Below are positions 39,540 to 48,575 of a DNA stretch of 64,000 nucleotides, in pieces. Under the pieces are notes generated by a model. The model made no database searches. It was not told the origin of the DNA and saw only the letters and a list, made by a program, of their open reading frames with translations. A program made the translations under genes and the position numbers. Within the stretch, counting starts at the first letter, position 1; every line of letters starts with the position of its first letter. Source of the DNA: Patescibacteria group bacterium (GTDB taxonomy: Bacteria > Patescibacteriota > Patescibacteriia > GWA2-46-9); contig JBAZXG010000001.1 in assembly GCA_041660005.1 (NCBI GenBank), positions 71,689 to 135,688 on the forward strand, in the 5' to 3' direction.

Positions 39540-39869
39540 CTAGTACGCATCAACCCCGAACGGTCTCCAATTGTCAAATATTTGTCCTTGAGAGAGAAAA
39601 GTAAGGATAAGAAAAAATACAACGAAACCACAAAAAATTATTACATACGTTCTTTTGGTTGACCGAAAGCAGAATGCTGAAATCAAAAAACCAAACAAAA
39701 GGTAAAAAGGATATAACCAAAGTGCCCATGAAGGCCCGCCAAATAACGACAAATTAAATCGAGTTAATCTAGATTCTTCGCTTAATGTTATCAAGAGATA
39801 ACTAATGACTAAACCTATAACAATAAGAACGAATTTTCGCATTGCTGATCTAAAGCTAATTGATCGCAT
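39540..39869 (-). CDS. Small 3-TM protein, GVDAY family paralog 5 (putative immunity)
   Basis: SE...WLYPFY...QGQIFDNWRPFGVDAY pattern shared with four neighbours. Confidence 0.85.
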   Translation of the reverse strand: MRSISFRSAMRKFVLIVIGLVISYLLITLSEESRLTRFNLSLFGGPSWALWLYPFYLLFGFLISAFCFRSTKRTYVIIFCGFVVFFLILTFLSQGQIFDNWRPFGVDAY

Positions 39870-40017
39870 AACTAATTTCTCCTTTGCTAATTAATAATTG
39901 TATATATTGTGAGCCATTGTACTCAATTTTCTTTTGCGGCTCTTCATATTCTTTGCTAACCACGAGTGTAGTGTCTGTTTTACCATTGAAGCGACCAACG
40001 GTAAAGCACTGGCTCAT
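39856..40017 (-). pseudogene. Orphan 53-aa fragment homologous to the lipase C-terminus
   Basis: MSQCFTVGRFNGKTDTTLVVSKEYEEPQKKIEYNGSQYIQLLISKGEISYAIN aligns with lipase YTGKTNESIFMVKPYKEKTEKIVYGGLNTIHLLISKGEFIYEKD. Confidence 0.8.
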
Positions 40018-40096
40018 ACCTTTTATGCTTACGTTTCCACGTACTAGTACATGGAAATATATAAATAATCTGTGAATAAGAGAAAATCAGGTAGTA

Positions 40097-40429
40097 CTAA
40101 TAGGCGTCGACCCCGAACGGTTTCCAGTTGAAAAATATTTGACCCTGCGTCAAATAAAAAAACAGTAAAAAAACAACGATGAATCCCAAAACAACTCCTA
40201 AATAGGTACGTCTTCCAAAACGAAAAATCACAGCCGAGAGCAAGAACCCCAAAAGTAAATAAAAGGGATATAGCCAGTTTGCCCAGAAAAAAGTTCCAGC
40301 GCCAATTGATGTAATTTTTTTGAATTCACTTATGCCTAAAAACAGATAGCTTAACAAAAAACCGACCAGCCAAAAAAGTAGTGCTCTTATAACTTTTAAT
40401 ATACTAATCTTTTTCATAAGTAAACTCAC
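40097..40429 (-). CDS. Small 3-TM protein, GVDAY family paralog 4
   Basis: Close paralog of 41336-41668; overlapped by a relic reading SLVVSKGEFTYEKD*. Confidence 0.85.
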   Translation of the reverse strand: MSLLMKKISILKVIRALLFWLVGFLLSYLFLGISEFKKITSIGAGTFFWANWLYPFYLLLGFLLSAVIFRFGRRTYLGVVLGFIVVFLLFFYLTQGQIFFNWKPFGVDAY

Positions 40430-40458
40430 CTTTGCTGACGACTAACGATCACGTAATA

Positions 40459-40767
40459 CTAATAGGCATCAACACCAAACGGTCTCCAATTATCGAATAG
40501 GTGACCCTGTAGTGCATAAAACCAAAAAATAAAAAGGATAACAAACCCGATAAAAATCACTACATAGACCCACCTATTGGCGCGGAATACTGAAGCTGAA
40601 ATAAAAAAGGAAACGAAAAAGTATAATGGGTAAAGCCATAATGCCCAGGAAGCGCCGCCAAGGGGAACAAAATTCATGTGAGTAACTCCCGTATTCTCAC
40701 TTAGGCTTAATAACAAATATAAAATAAGTAGACCAAGAACGAAAAATTCAAAAGTCTTCATTGCCAA
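40459..40767 (-). CDS. Small 3-TM protein, GVDAY family paralog 3
   Basis: Family motifs present; most divergent copy. Confidence 0.85.
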   Translation of the reverse strand: MAMKTFEFFVLGLLILYLLLSLSENTGVTHMNFVPLGGASWALWLYPLYFFVSFFISASVFRANRWVYVVIFIGFVILFIFWFYALQGHLFDNWRPFGVDAY

Positions 40768-40787
40768 CTAATAACGATCAAACAACA

Positions 40788-41108
40788 TTAGTAAGCGTCA
40801 ACCCCAAACGGTTTCCAGTTATCAAATATTTGACCTTGGGAGAGAAAGATAAAAATAAGAAAAAATACAACGAAACCACAAAAAATTACTACATACGTTC
40901 TTTTGGTTGACCGAAAGCATAATGCTGAAAGCAAAAAACCTAACAATAAATAAAAAGGGTAGAGCCAATTTGCCCAGTAACGAGTGCCCAACCCAATCGA
41001 TGTGACTTTATAAAACTCACTAACACCAAGAATGATGTAAGAGATCAGTAAACCCAAAAATAGAATCCCCAAAGAGCGCAGTAGTGATTTAATACTAATT
41101 AAATGCAT
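40788..41108 (-). CDS. Small 3-TM protein, GVDAY family paralog 2
   Basis: Family motifs present. Confidence 0.85.
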   Translation of the reverse strand: MHLISIKSLLRSLGILFLGLLISYIILGVSEFYKVTSIGLGTRYWANWLYPFYLLLGFLLSALCFRSTKRTYVVIFCGFVVFFLIFIFLSQGQIFDNWKPFGVDAY

Positions 41109-41256
41109 AACTAATTTCTTTTTTACTAATTAACAATCGTATGTACTGTGAACCGTCATACTCAATTTTCTTTTGCGGCTCTTTGTATTCTTTGCTAACC
41201 GCAAGCGTGGTATCTGTTTTTCATTTGAAGCGACCAACGGTAAAGCACTGGCTCAT
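41095..41256 (-). pseudogene. Second orphan lipase C-terminal fragment with an internal TGA
   Basis: MSQCFTVGRFK*KTDTTLAVSKEYKEPQKKIEYDGSQYIRLLISKKEISYAFN. Confidence 0.8.
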
Positions 41257-41335
41257 ACCTTTTATGCTTACGTTTCCACGTACTAGTACATGGAAATATA
41301 TAAATAATCAGTGAATAAGAGAAAATCAAGTAGTA

Positions 41336-41668
41336 CTAATAGGCGTCGACCCCGTATGGTCGCCAATTATGAAATATTTGACCTTGTGTCAAGTAGGTGA
41401 ACAATAAAAAAACGACGATGAATCCCAGAAAAACTCCTAAATAGGTACGTCGTCCAAAACGAAAAATTGTAGCAGATAACAAGAACCCCAACAGAAGATA
41501 AAAAGGATAGAGCCAGTTTGCGTAAAAAAGTGTCCCCCAACCAACTGATGTAATTTTCTTAGCTTCACTTATGCTTAAGAACAGATAGCTTAACAAGAAA
41601 CCGACCAGCAAAAAAAGTAGTGCTCTTAGAACTTTTAACATACTAATCTTTTTCATAAATAAACTCAC
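41336..41668 (-). CDS. Small 3-TM protein, GVDAY family paralog 1 (overlaps the lipase stop; putative cognate immunity)
   Basis: Start overlaps the 3' end of the lipase gene. Confidence 0.85.
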   Translation of the reverse strand: MSLFMKKISMLKVLRALLFLLVGFLLSYLFLSISEAKKITSVGWGTLFYANWLYPFYLLLGFLLSATIFRFGRRTYLGVFLGFIVVFLLFTYLTQGQIFHNWRPYGVDAY

Positions 41669-44600
41669 CCTTACTAATTAATAAATGAATAGTATTTAAT
41701 CCGCCGTAAACTATTTTCTCTGTCTTTTCCTTATAGGGCTTAACCATGAAGATACTTTCGTTTGTTTTCCCAGTGTATGTACTCTTAACCGCTAGTTCCT
41801 CAGGGATAACGATTTTCTGCATAAACTTTTTAAGCGTACTGCTCTTATCATACGCTACGCTATAGGTGAAGACAATCGACCTTTTTAAAATCGAAGTGTC
41901 ACCATAACGGACACCGGTGAGTTCAGCCTTGCCAGCGCTTTTTTTGTTTTTAACTTCAAAAACCAATGTAACCGTATTACCTGCGTCGTCGCTTACCGTA
42001 TAGGCGTTATTCGTTTGTGTAACCTGAGCGGTTGATATCTGGTCACTCCCCACAACGACCGGGTTTTCATCGGTCCCGTCGAACCACACGCGAACATCTG
42101 GGAATGTTTGGTCAATAGAAAAATCAAGGTCCTGCTCTGGCTCCTGATTACCCACTAAGTCGATCGACCGATATGCAATATGATGTGGCCCTTCGGTCAT
42201 AACCACTAAGGGCTGCTCGTAGCGCTGCCATGTTGTCTCAGTATCAAGACGATACTCGGTTACTGCGACACCGGAATCAGCATCAGTCGCGTGAAGCACA
42301 AGAGTAGCCGGACTGCGAAACCAGTCAGGAACAACCGAATCTCCGGTTAGTGTTGCTGAAGTTAGCGGTGCAACGAAGTCATATGCTGGCGAACTTCCGG
42401 CAACTGCTGACGCGGCATAGATTTCAAACTCTCCGTTTCCGCTGAAATCATACGACATTGCAGTGTCAGCGCTCAAAGGCGTCACCACAAGTTCCGCGCG
42501 GCTACCAACTTGGACGGGTACCCGCTGGTACGAAACGTCTTTTGTTATGGTGCCGTCGTAGGTACTGACCGAAAGATCGAATGTGCCGGTGTCGGTACCG
42601 GTAAGCGACACAGTGAACGGTTCTTCTGGTAGAAAGGCAAATTTATTATGTCCAATGGTTTCATAATAAACGCCAGGGATCATATTCTCCACAAGCCCGT
42701 TAGTAGTTAAACCTGCATGATTACCGGCGCTGTCGTAGATATCCAGCGTAACCGGACTATGGACGGATATAAACTTACCGTTAAGTCTGCATCCGGCGCT
42801 CGTCAGGGTAATACCCGGCGGTATATCGGCAACACCCGGCTCGCCCGAAGTCAGTAGACTCGCAACGAGACTGCGGACCGAGGTCGTACTCGCCATTTTC
42901 CCGTGATCTGCATTGCGCACATAATAGCTTTGTTTGACAAGCGGAGCGACAAAATCACTACTCACCAAAGGAACGGTTTTATCTCCCGCGCCGATACGCA
43001 GGTAATATTCATCACTTGCTCGCTCAACGATTCCAGTGATGGTCGGTGAGTCACAGCCGGCAATGTTGTAAGCGTCGATATGAGAATCCTTAAACGAACC
43101 AACGGGTGCAAAAGGATAAGCATTTGCCGTTTGCGCTGCTTCTTGATTTAGCCCTTTGTCGCCCAGTTCGTTGTACATATCAATAAAGTTCAGAATCTTT
43201 GGCTGGCTATTTACAGTGAGGTCATAATAGTAACCTCCGTTCGTTTTAAAATACCTCTGACCGGGAAGTAAATTATAAAGGGAGTACATGTTTTCACCTA
43301 ACTGCTTTATTTTACTGGGATTGATAATCGCGGACATGTTAAAGTCATCACCCCACAGTAAATCTTTGAGTGCTTTTGGCGCCCCGAGGTGAGGAGTACC
43401 GATAAAAATGAGCTTGGCAATACTGTTATCATGCGGATGAGTATTCGTGTAATAATCTGCAACTACTCCGCCCATGCTATGAGCAACCACATCGACGACA
43501 TCACTGTGTGTTTGCTCTTTAATGGCAGAAATTTTTTTAACCAACTGAGCACTAGGAGTACCGATATTTTGCCGCCAATCATAGGGCATAATAAAAAGAT
43601 TTATATTTTCCGTATAGCCATTCGCTTTGAGTTCGTTAATGAGGCCACTAAAATAATCATAAGCAATGAACGGAACACCATTATTGATGGTACGAATAAC
43701 ATCACCCGGCTGAATTTCGGGATCAGTTGGCGTCCCGTCAGGGTGCATAGCCAGAACATCAAGAAAACTGTCCGTTAGATCAACGAGCAAAGAGGCAACG
43801 TCCAGCCAAATTTTATTGTTTCCCTTTTTAAGCTCACTCCCTGCAATGCCGGGCAGAAGAAGCACGGGGCGTTTATTGAATGACGGCGCTTCAGGTGGTC
43901 GAGAGAACCAGGTCATGGAGGTCGTAGTGCACGTGCTAACATCTTGTCCTTTACCTTCAGGATTACTTTGAGCGTATGGACCAGACACATCTCCCCACCA
44001 ATTGCCGTCCAGATTATATAAATCTACAGCATCACAAATTACTCCCGCTCTTTTGTTATTAAAATAGGCATAGTACAGACCATTGTCAAAAAAACTATTG
44101 CCACGGAGCTCAACAGAAACAGCTCCAAATTCTGTATTTGATAAGAGGGCGATTGCAGCAGCACCGTTTTGATGAAATGTATTATCAATAATATGCCCTT
44201 CTCCTCCTTCGATGATGACTCCCCAACCAGCCAATACATTACCTTGCTCGTCCTGATTCTGTGCAATTTCATTCCGCTCAAGCGTCGCAACAGATCCATA
44301 CAGAATAATTCCAGCCCCTGAGTAAATACCATCTACAATGTGCGAATCTTTGATCGATATGTTTGCCTGTACTGCGTAAATCTGTCCAGGCCTATCCTCT
44401 TCATAGCGTGATCCGCCACTATAACGCACTATAGTATGACTTATCTCCCCCGTACTGCCTGGTGCAAAAAACAAATCTGACCAATCGTAACCATGGGGTG
44501 TCGTTGCGTTACCATCATTATTGGTATCTCCGCCAACCGTATCGTCTTTGTATGATGTGAAAATAACTGGACTGTCGGTTGTTCCTGCTGCAATGAGCTT

Positions 44601-44876
44601 CCCTTCTACTTTAATCTGACCCCACGCCGACGCTTTAATAATTGTTCCTGGCTCAACCGTCAAAGTAACACCCGGGTTAATAACGAATTGATTAAAAATA
44701 GTATGCACACCATCTTGAGGGCTCCAAGTTGTATCGTGGTCAAGGTAAGTCGGATTCGGCCCCACTGCTAAAGTTGGTTGAGCTAACGAAAGTATCCCAA
44801 ACAAAAAAGCCGCAGCAACAAATGCTGCGCCATAACCGCTTCTCGCTGCTATTTTTATTTTACTTTTACCCTCCAT
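41643..44876 (-). CDS. Large secreted multidomain lipase/acyltransferase (beta-helix + LCAT/PGAP1-like alpha/beta hydrolase + Ig-like domains)
   Basis: Signal peptide; parallel beta-helix repeats ending NWWGD.SGP; LLPGIAGS, PYDWRQ, VAHSMGG, GTPHLG, GDKTVP, catalytic His candidate in ADHG; HSPV and OmpL47-like repeats. Confidence 0.88.
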   Translation of the reverse strand: MEGKSKIKIAARSGYGAAFVAAAFLFGILSLAQPTLAVGPNPTYLDHDTTWSPQDGVHTIFNQFVINPGVTLTVEPGTIIKASAWGQIKVEGKLIAAGTTDSPVIFTSYKDDTVGGDTNNDGNATTPHGYDWSDLFFAPGSTGEISHTIVRYSGGSRYEEDRPGQIYAVQANISIKDSHIVDGIYSGAGIILYGSVATLERNEIAQNQDEQGNVLAGWGVIIEGGEGHIIDNTFHQNGAAAIALLSNTEFGAVSVELRGNSFFDNGLYYAYFNNKRAGVICDAVDLYNLDGNWWGDVSGPYAQSNPEGKGQDVSTCTTTSMTWFSRPPEAPSFNKRPVLLLPGIAGSELKKGNNKIWLDVASLLVDLTDSFLDVLAMHPDGTPTDPEIQPGDVIRTINNGVPFIAYDYFSGLINELKANGYTENINLFIMPYDWRQNIGTPSAQLVKKISAIKEQTHSDVVDVVAHSMGGVVADYYTNTHPHDNSIAKLIFIGTPHLGAPKALKDLLWGDDFNMSAIINPSKIKQLGENMYSLYNLLPGQRYFKTNGGYYYDLTVNSQPKILNFIDMYNELGDKGLNQEAAQTANAYPFAPVGSFKDSHIDAYNIAGCDSPTITGIVERASDEYYLRIGAGDKTVPLVSSDFVAPLVKQSYYVRNADHGKMASTTSVRSLVASLLTSGEPGVADIPPGITLTSAGCRLNGKFISVHSPVTLDIYDSAGNHAGLTTNGLVENMIPGVYYETIGHNKFAFLPEEPFTVSLTGTDTGTFDLSVSTYDGTITKDVSYQRVPVQVGSRAELVVTPLSADTAMSYDFSGNGEFEIYAASAVAGSSPAYDFVAPLTSATLTGDSVVPDWFRSPATLVLHATDADSGVAVTEYRLDTETTWQRYEQPLVVMTEGPHHIAYRSIDLVGNQEPEQDLDFSIDQTFPDVRVWFDGTDENPVVVGSDQISTAQVTQTNNAYTVSDDAGNTVTLVFEVKNKKSAGKAELTGVRYGDTSILKRSIVFTYSVAYDKSSTLKKFMQKIVIPEELAVKSTYTGKTNESIFMVKPYKEKTEKIVYGGLNTIHLLISKGEFIYEKD

Positions 44877-45277
44877 TATTATTAAATTAGTCCAATCTAA
44901 AAAATTCTGCAACACGACTTATGCACAAGCCCAGAAGTGTCAGCAGCTTCCGTGTATTCATCCCGAGGCATGTCGAGGGACTAGTACATGGAAATATATG
45001 ACTCTAAAATTCATCAATCGTTGGTTACCTTAACTTTGTTAACTAAAAAACAACAAAAAAACACCTTTGTGCCAAAATCATGACCTCAAACGTGACAACG
45101 ACCATGATTGCTTTTTTGGACTTTTTGAGGCAAGATAGCCCCGTTGTTCTTTAATAATAAATTCGGACGGACACTTAAATTGCCAATTTAATCGGCACTT
45201 TGGGCGTCCGTCTTGAATAAAGATAGCGACGAAGGAGCGGGACAAGAATCATGGCTACGAACACAGGAGGCAATTCC

Positions 45278-46213
45278 ATGACAGAGCAGAGTCAGAAGAC
45301 AGAAATCGACACCCAGATGGGTGAAAGATTCCCGGTACTCGGAGGCGACGTCCTGGCCTTCTTGGTACTGATGGCCACTCGAGGGCGGGTGCTGGTTGGG
45401 TCGTTCGGTGACCACCAGTACATCCGCGTCGAATGTACCGAAGGGCACGAAAAAGACGCGAAATGCGTTCTCGACGGCCTCAAAAAGCCGTGGGCGCCAG
45501 TCAATGGCCAACCACCATTTTCTTTCGAGGCCCTAGTGGCGAAGTATGAGGCACAGCGAACGGTTCGCGGCGCCTACGCTGCTCTCAGGGTCGATCGGGA
45601 TCGGGACGCCCACTGGAACATCCATGCACCGGCCTGGACGCTGCCAGAAAAAACTGAAGAGGTAGCAATACCCGTCATCAGCTTCGTGCTGCCGGTTCCG
45701 GCGGTAACCGACCCGGACTTCAGTAGACTTTCGCGCCGAGCCAACAAAGTTCAGGAAGACCTCAACAAGAAAGAACGAGAGCTTATGCAGTTGGCGCTCG
45801 AGGTCGCTCGCGGACGGCTGCTGAGCCAAGCGATGGAGGCACGGATCACCGCAATGACTAAGGCGAGCGCTCAAGTTCGCGAGGGTGCTCACACTCTGCG
45901 GCAGCTGCATGCCAACGTTCCCATCGATGGTGGTGGGCGGGTAACCGTGATTGCCAGCTTGTCAGACGACAAACTGGCAGATATTGAGCAGCGGCTCGGG
46001 ATCGTCAACCCGTCGGCTTCGTCCTGGCGCTGGTGGAGCAACAAGGACCGAGCACAGGCTATCTGCGCTCGTGAAGATGGGGAGCTTACCGAAGCGCTTC
46101 GCTACTGTCTGTCGGGCGAGCAGGCTCGTCAGCTGGCGCGCATGCTGGGGTACCAGATCTCCGCCGAGATACCAACGGAGAGGTGGTGCCAACTGGTTGC
46201 CGAGTTCCGGTAA
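45278..46213 (+). CDS. Hypothetical protein (orphan, central coiled coil)
   Basis: AGGAGG SD; terminator hairpin at 46266-46295. Confidence 0.7.
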   Translation: MTEQSQKTEIDTQMGERFPVLGGDVLAFLVLMATRGRVLVGSFGDHQYIRVECTEGHEKDAKCVLDGLKKPWAPVNGQPPFSFEALVAKYEAQRTVRGAYAALRVDRDRDAHWNIHAPAWTLPEKTEEVAIPVISFVLPVPAVTDPDFSRLSRRANKVQEDLNKKERELMQLALEVARGRLLSQAMEARITAMTKASAQVREGAHTLRQLHANVPIDGGGRVTVIASLSDDKLADIEQRLGIVNPSASSWRWWSNKDRAQAICAREDGELTEALRYCLSGEQARQLARMLGYQISAEIPTERWCQLVAEFR

Positions 46214-46493
46214 CCACCGAGAAGAAGCGAACAATCCGCAACCGGACCTGGCCAGTAAGCCAGGTGATGGGGCGCCACAAAAAAGGCGCCCCATCTCTAT
46301 TTCTAATAAGAATGAATGGATTTTAAAATATAAAGAAGAGTGTTTGTTTCTTGAATAGTAGAAAGTCGTTCTACGTTGCTAACTCATAATAACTTTTTAA
46401 AATAAAAAGTTTCATAAAATCTATAAAGCATCAACCCAGACATCCGAAGATGCCTGGGTTGCTCGTGTCGGCCGGACACGCACGGTTGCGGAC

Positions 46494-46901
46494 TCAGATG
46501 CCGGTCTTGTGATACGGCTCCAAACGATCGGAGCCGTCGAGTCGCAGCTTATAACCGCAACTCGTCATCACAGACCACCGCTTGCGAAGCAGCCTCTCCA
46601 AGAGCTGTCGGTACACCGGTTTGGTGTGCCACAGCATCATAGAGAAATACTGTTTCACGAGCTGAGCGATCTGAGTGGGCGTGATCCAGAGTTGGACGTC
46701 GATGTCCTGAGCGAACCCATCCTCTCCTGGAACAAACGCTTTTGCAGCGATGTTCAGGCAGAAACGGGTGCTCGGGGTCTCACGATCCACTCCTCCCTCG
46801 CCGCCACCAAGCAGAAGCTCGGCGCCCTGGACGGTCTCCAACTGGACGTATGGCTTGCCGGTCGCCCCGCAAACCCGCGCCTCCAGAGTGGTCCATTCCA
46901 T
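46494..46901 (-). CDS. Hypothetical protein (orphan, 135 aa)
   Basis: AAGGAGG SD; TTGACA-N17-TATATT promoter; hairpin at 46433-46460. Confidence 0.7.
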   Translation of the reverse strand: MEWTTLEARVCGATGKPYVQLETVQGAELLLGGGEGGVDRETPSTRFCLNIAAKAFVPGEDGFAQDIDVQLWITPTQIAQLVKQYFSMMLWHTKPVYRQLLERLLRKRWSVMTSCGYKLRLDGSDRLEPYHKTGI

Positions 46902-47056
46902 ATGGTCCTCCTTTTATTTCCCTATTCTGTAGTCCTCTCCCGAAGGAGTCGGTGTCATCAGAGAAACGTGCAAATATACACCAAGAGAACAGTTTTGTCA
47001 ACGGTAATGTATTAATAACTGCCCCTCGGTAGATTGATTTTATACCCGACCAACAA

Positions 47057-47362
47057 CCCATAGGATCGACGTAGGTAGTGACGAGCGGAGAGAACTGAAA
47101 TAATGGTCGTGCTGTTTGAGGAGTGCTAACGACGAGTTTACGACCATCGGTTCTCGGAGTGCAGTCATGCCACAGCCGAATCCTTAGGGTGTCATTTCCG
47201 CCGAAGGCGGATCGTTCTCCGAAGGACTTTCCGTCTACTTTCTTGGACAAGTCCCGACGTAAAGTCGGGACCCCGATTCAATAGATTTTATTAAGAATGG
47301 CGTCGGGACAAAAAGGTAACAATCAGTCTCGAGGTCCCGTCTGACAGGATCGAGGACGTTAA
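47057..47362 (+). mobile_element. Multi-hairpin element, copy 3 (right half) carrying nested REP insertions
   Basis: Aligns with 16342-16558; extra CCGCCGAAGGCGG and TCCCGAC..GTCGGGA hairpins are inserted. Confidence 0.8.
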
Positions 47363-47557
47363 ATTTGTTGAGCGAAAAAGAGAAACGTATCTGCTATAGT
47401 TTTTCCACCGTAAGTGGATCCGCAATTGGCGGAAGTTTTTGACTTGCAGTTTTGCCTTTTGATTTTTGAATTATTAGCTGTCCCTTTTGACATCCCCCAT
47501 TGAATCCTTTAACCTGCGGTCAAGGACAAAGACAAATGGGGATAAGGAGAGTGCAAC

Positions 47558-48064
47558 TTGACAACAGCCGCACAAATAGAAAAAGGAAGGGAGCAGATTC
47601 GTTTTGACAACTTCAGTGCCCTAAGGGACAAGGTCGGTGGATCGTTTACACCATGGGGCGACGGAATCAGAGTCACTGAGACAATGATCCAAGCATTCGT
47701 GGCGGTAAGCGGTGAGGACCACTGGATTCACACCAATAGGGAACGTTCACGGAGCGAGGGACCGTTCGGCGACATCATTGCGCCAACCTCACTCATCGTC
47801 TCCGCGGCATACCGGTCAGGGTTCGATCCCGGCTTCGATATCACCAATGCGACCGTTCAGCGAACCATTCACGGCACGTTCAGTGTGCTCGGCGTAGTAC
47901 CGGTAGACACCACCATCCACTCCCGAAGCCGATTTCTTGCCGTAGCCAATCTCGACGCTTTCGGAACCAGATTGACGTTTGAGTTCCAGGTGAGAAGGGA
48001 GGGGCACTCCCATCTCGTACTTTCGGGAGAGATTTCCGTCCTGTACAATGCGCCGGCCAAATGA
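47558..48064 (+). CDS. MaoC-family (hot-dog fold) dehydratase-like protein
   Basis: VTETMIQAFVAVSGEDHWIH, GPFGDIIAP; TTGACA-N17-TAACCT promoter and AAGGAG SD. Confidence 0.8.
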   Translation: MTTAAQIEKGREQIRFDNFSALRDKVGGSFTPWGDGIRVTETMIQAFVAVSGEDHWIHTNRERSRSEGPFGDIIAPTSLIVSAAYRSGFDPGFDITNATVQRTIHGTFSVLGVVPVDTTIHSRSRFLAVANLDAFGTRLTFEFQVRREGHSHLVLSGEISVLYNAPAK

Positions 48065-48172
48065 CCGACGCCGCCTACCAACCGCAACCAACTGTCCGAG
48101 AAGGAGTAGTTTATCCCCACTGCTCCTTCAACCCCCTTGTTTCCATGTACTAGTACATGTGCTTGCCTCAGA

Positions 48173-48421
48173 ATACATTACCCCGCCCCAGAGGGGACGG
48201 GGTATGTAATGGTGATCCCACTTCGCTAACCTCCTTCGCCTAGGCTACGGACGGTCAAGAACCTCCTTCGCTCCCACTTCGTATCAAACTACGGCGTGAC
48301 ACAGCAATGCTACGGCCGGTCAAGGACCTCCTTCACCTAGGGCTACGGCGGGTCAAGGAGCTACGAGGGATATTTTTGTCTTCTGCAACGGTAACCTCGC
48401 GGCAAGCCGACGAGGTATTGG
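48173..48421. repeat. Stack of nested REP-like palindromes
   Basis: ACCCCGCCCC/GGGGACGGGGT hairpin, three CCTCCTTC..GCTACGG..GGTCAAG units and the CCTCGCGGCAAGCCGACGAGG hairpin. Confidence 0.8.
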
Positions 48422-48575
48422 GGACAAAAATAAAAAACCAAAACTACTAACAAGCAAGCCCACCTTAGTAATTATTTGCAAACGAGGAACGAGGGCGCGA
48501 TGTAGTGTCGCGCCCTCGTTGTTGTTTGTCATACGGCGGTCTTGTTTGAAAAAGACCGAAACCGCAAACAAGAAA

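Noticed and set aside
41221-41223. In-frame TGA aligned with Gly in the sister relic, suggesting genetic code 25
   Set aside because: Long core ORFs are intact under code 11 and TGA acts as a coupled stop (18098, 18973, 50315). Local decay in a relic explains it.
39478-41335. Paralog array as integron cassettes
   Set aside because: No integrase in the window, the palindromes lack attC R/L box structure, and the genes are paralogs rather than unrelated cassettes
39856-41354. Duplicated segments as a DGR template/variable repeat pair
   Set aside because: No reverse transcriptase in the window, and differences are not confined to adenines
46916-46966. CTGATGA...GAAA on the minus strand as a hammerhead ribozyme
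   Set aside because: Stem II cannot close next to the core and I found no stem III or cleavage triplet; it is at most a leader hairpin with a UUCG loop
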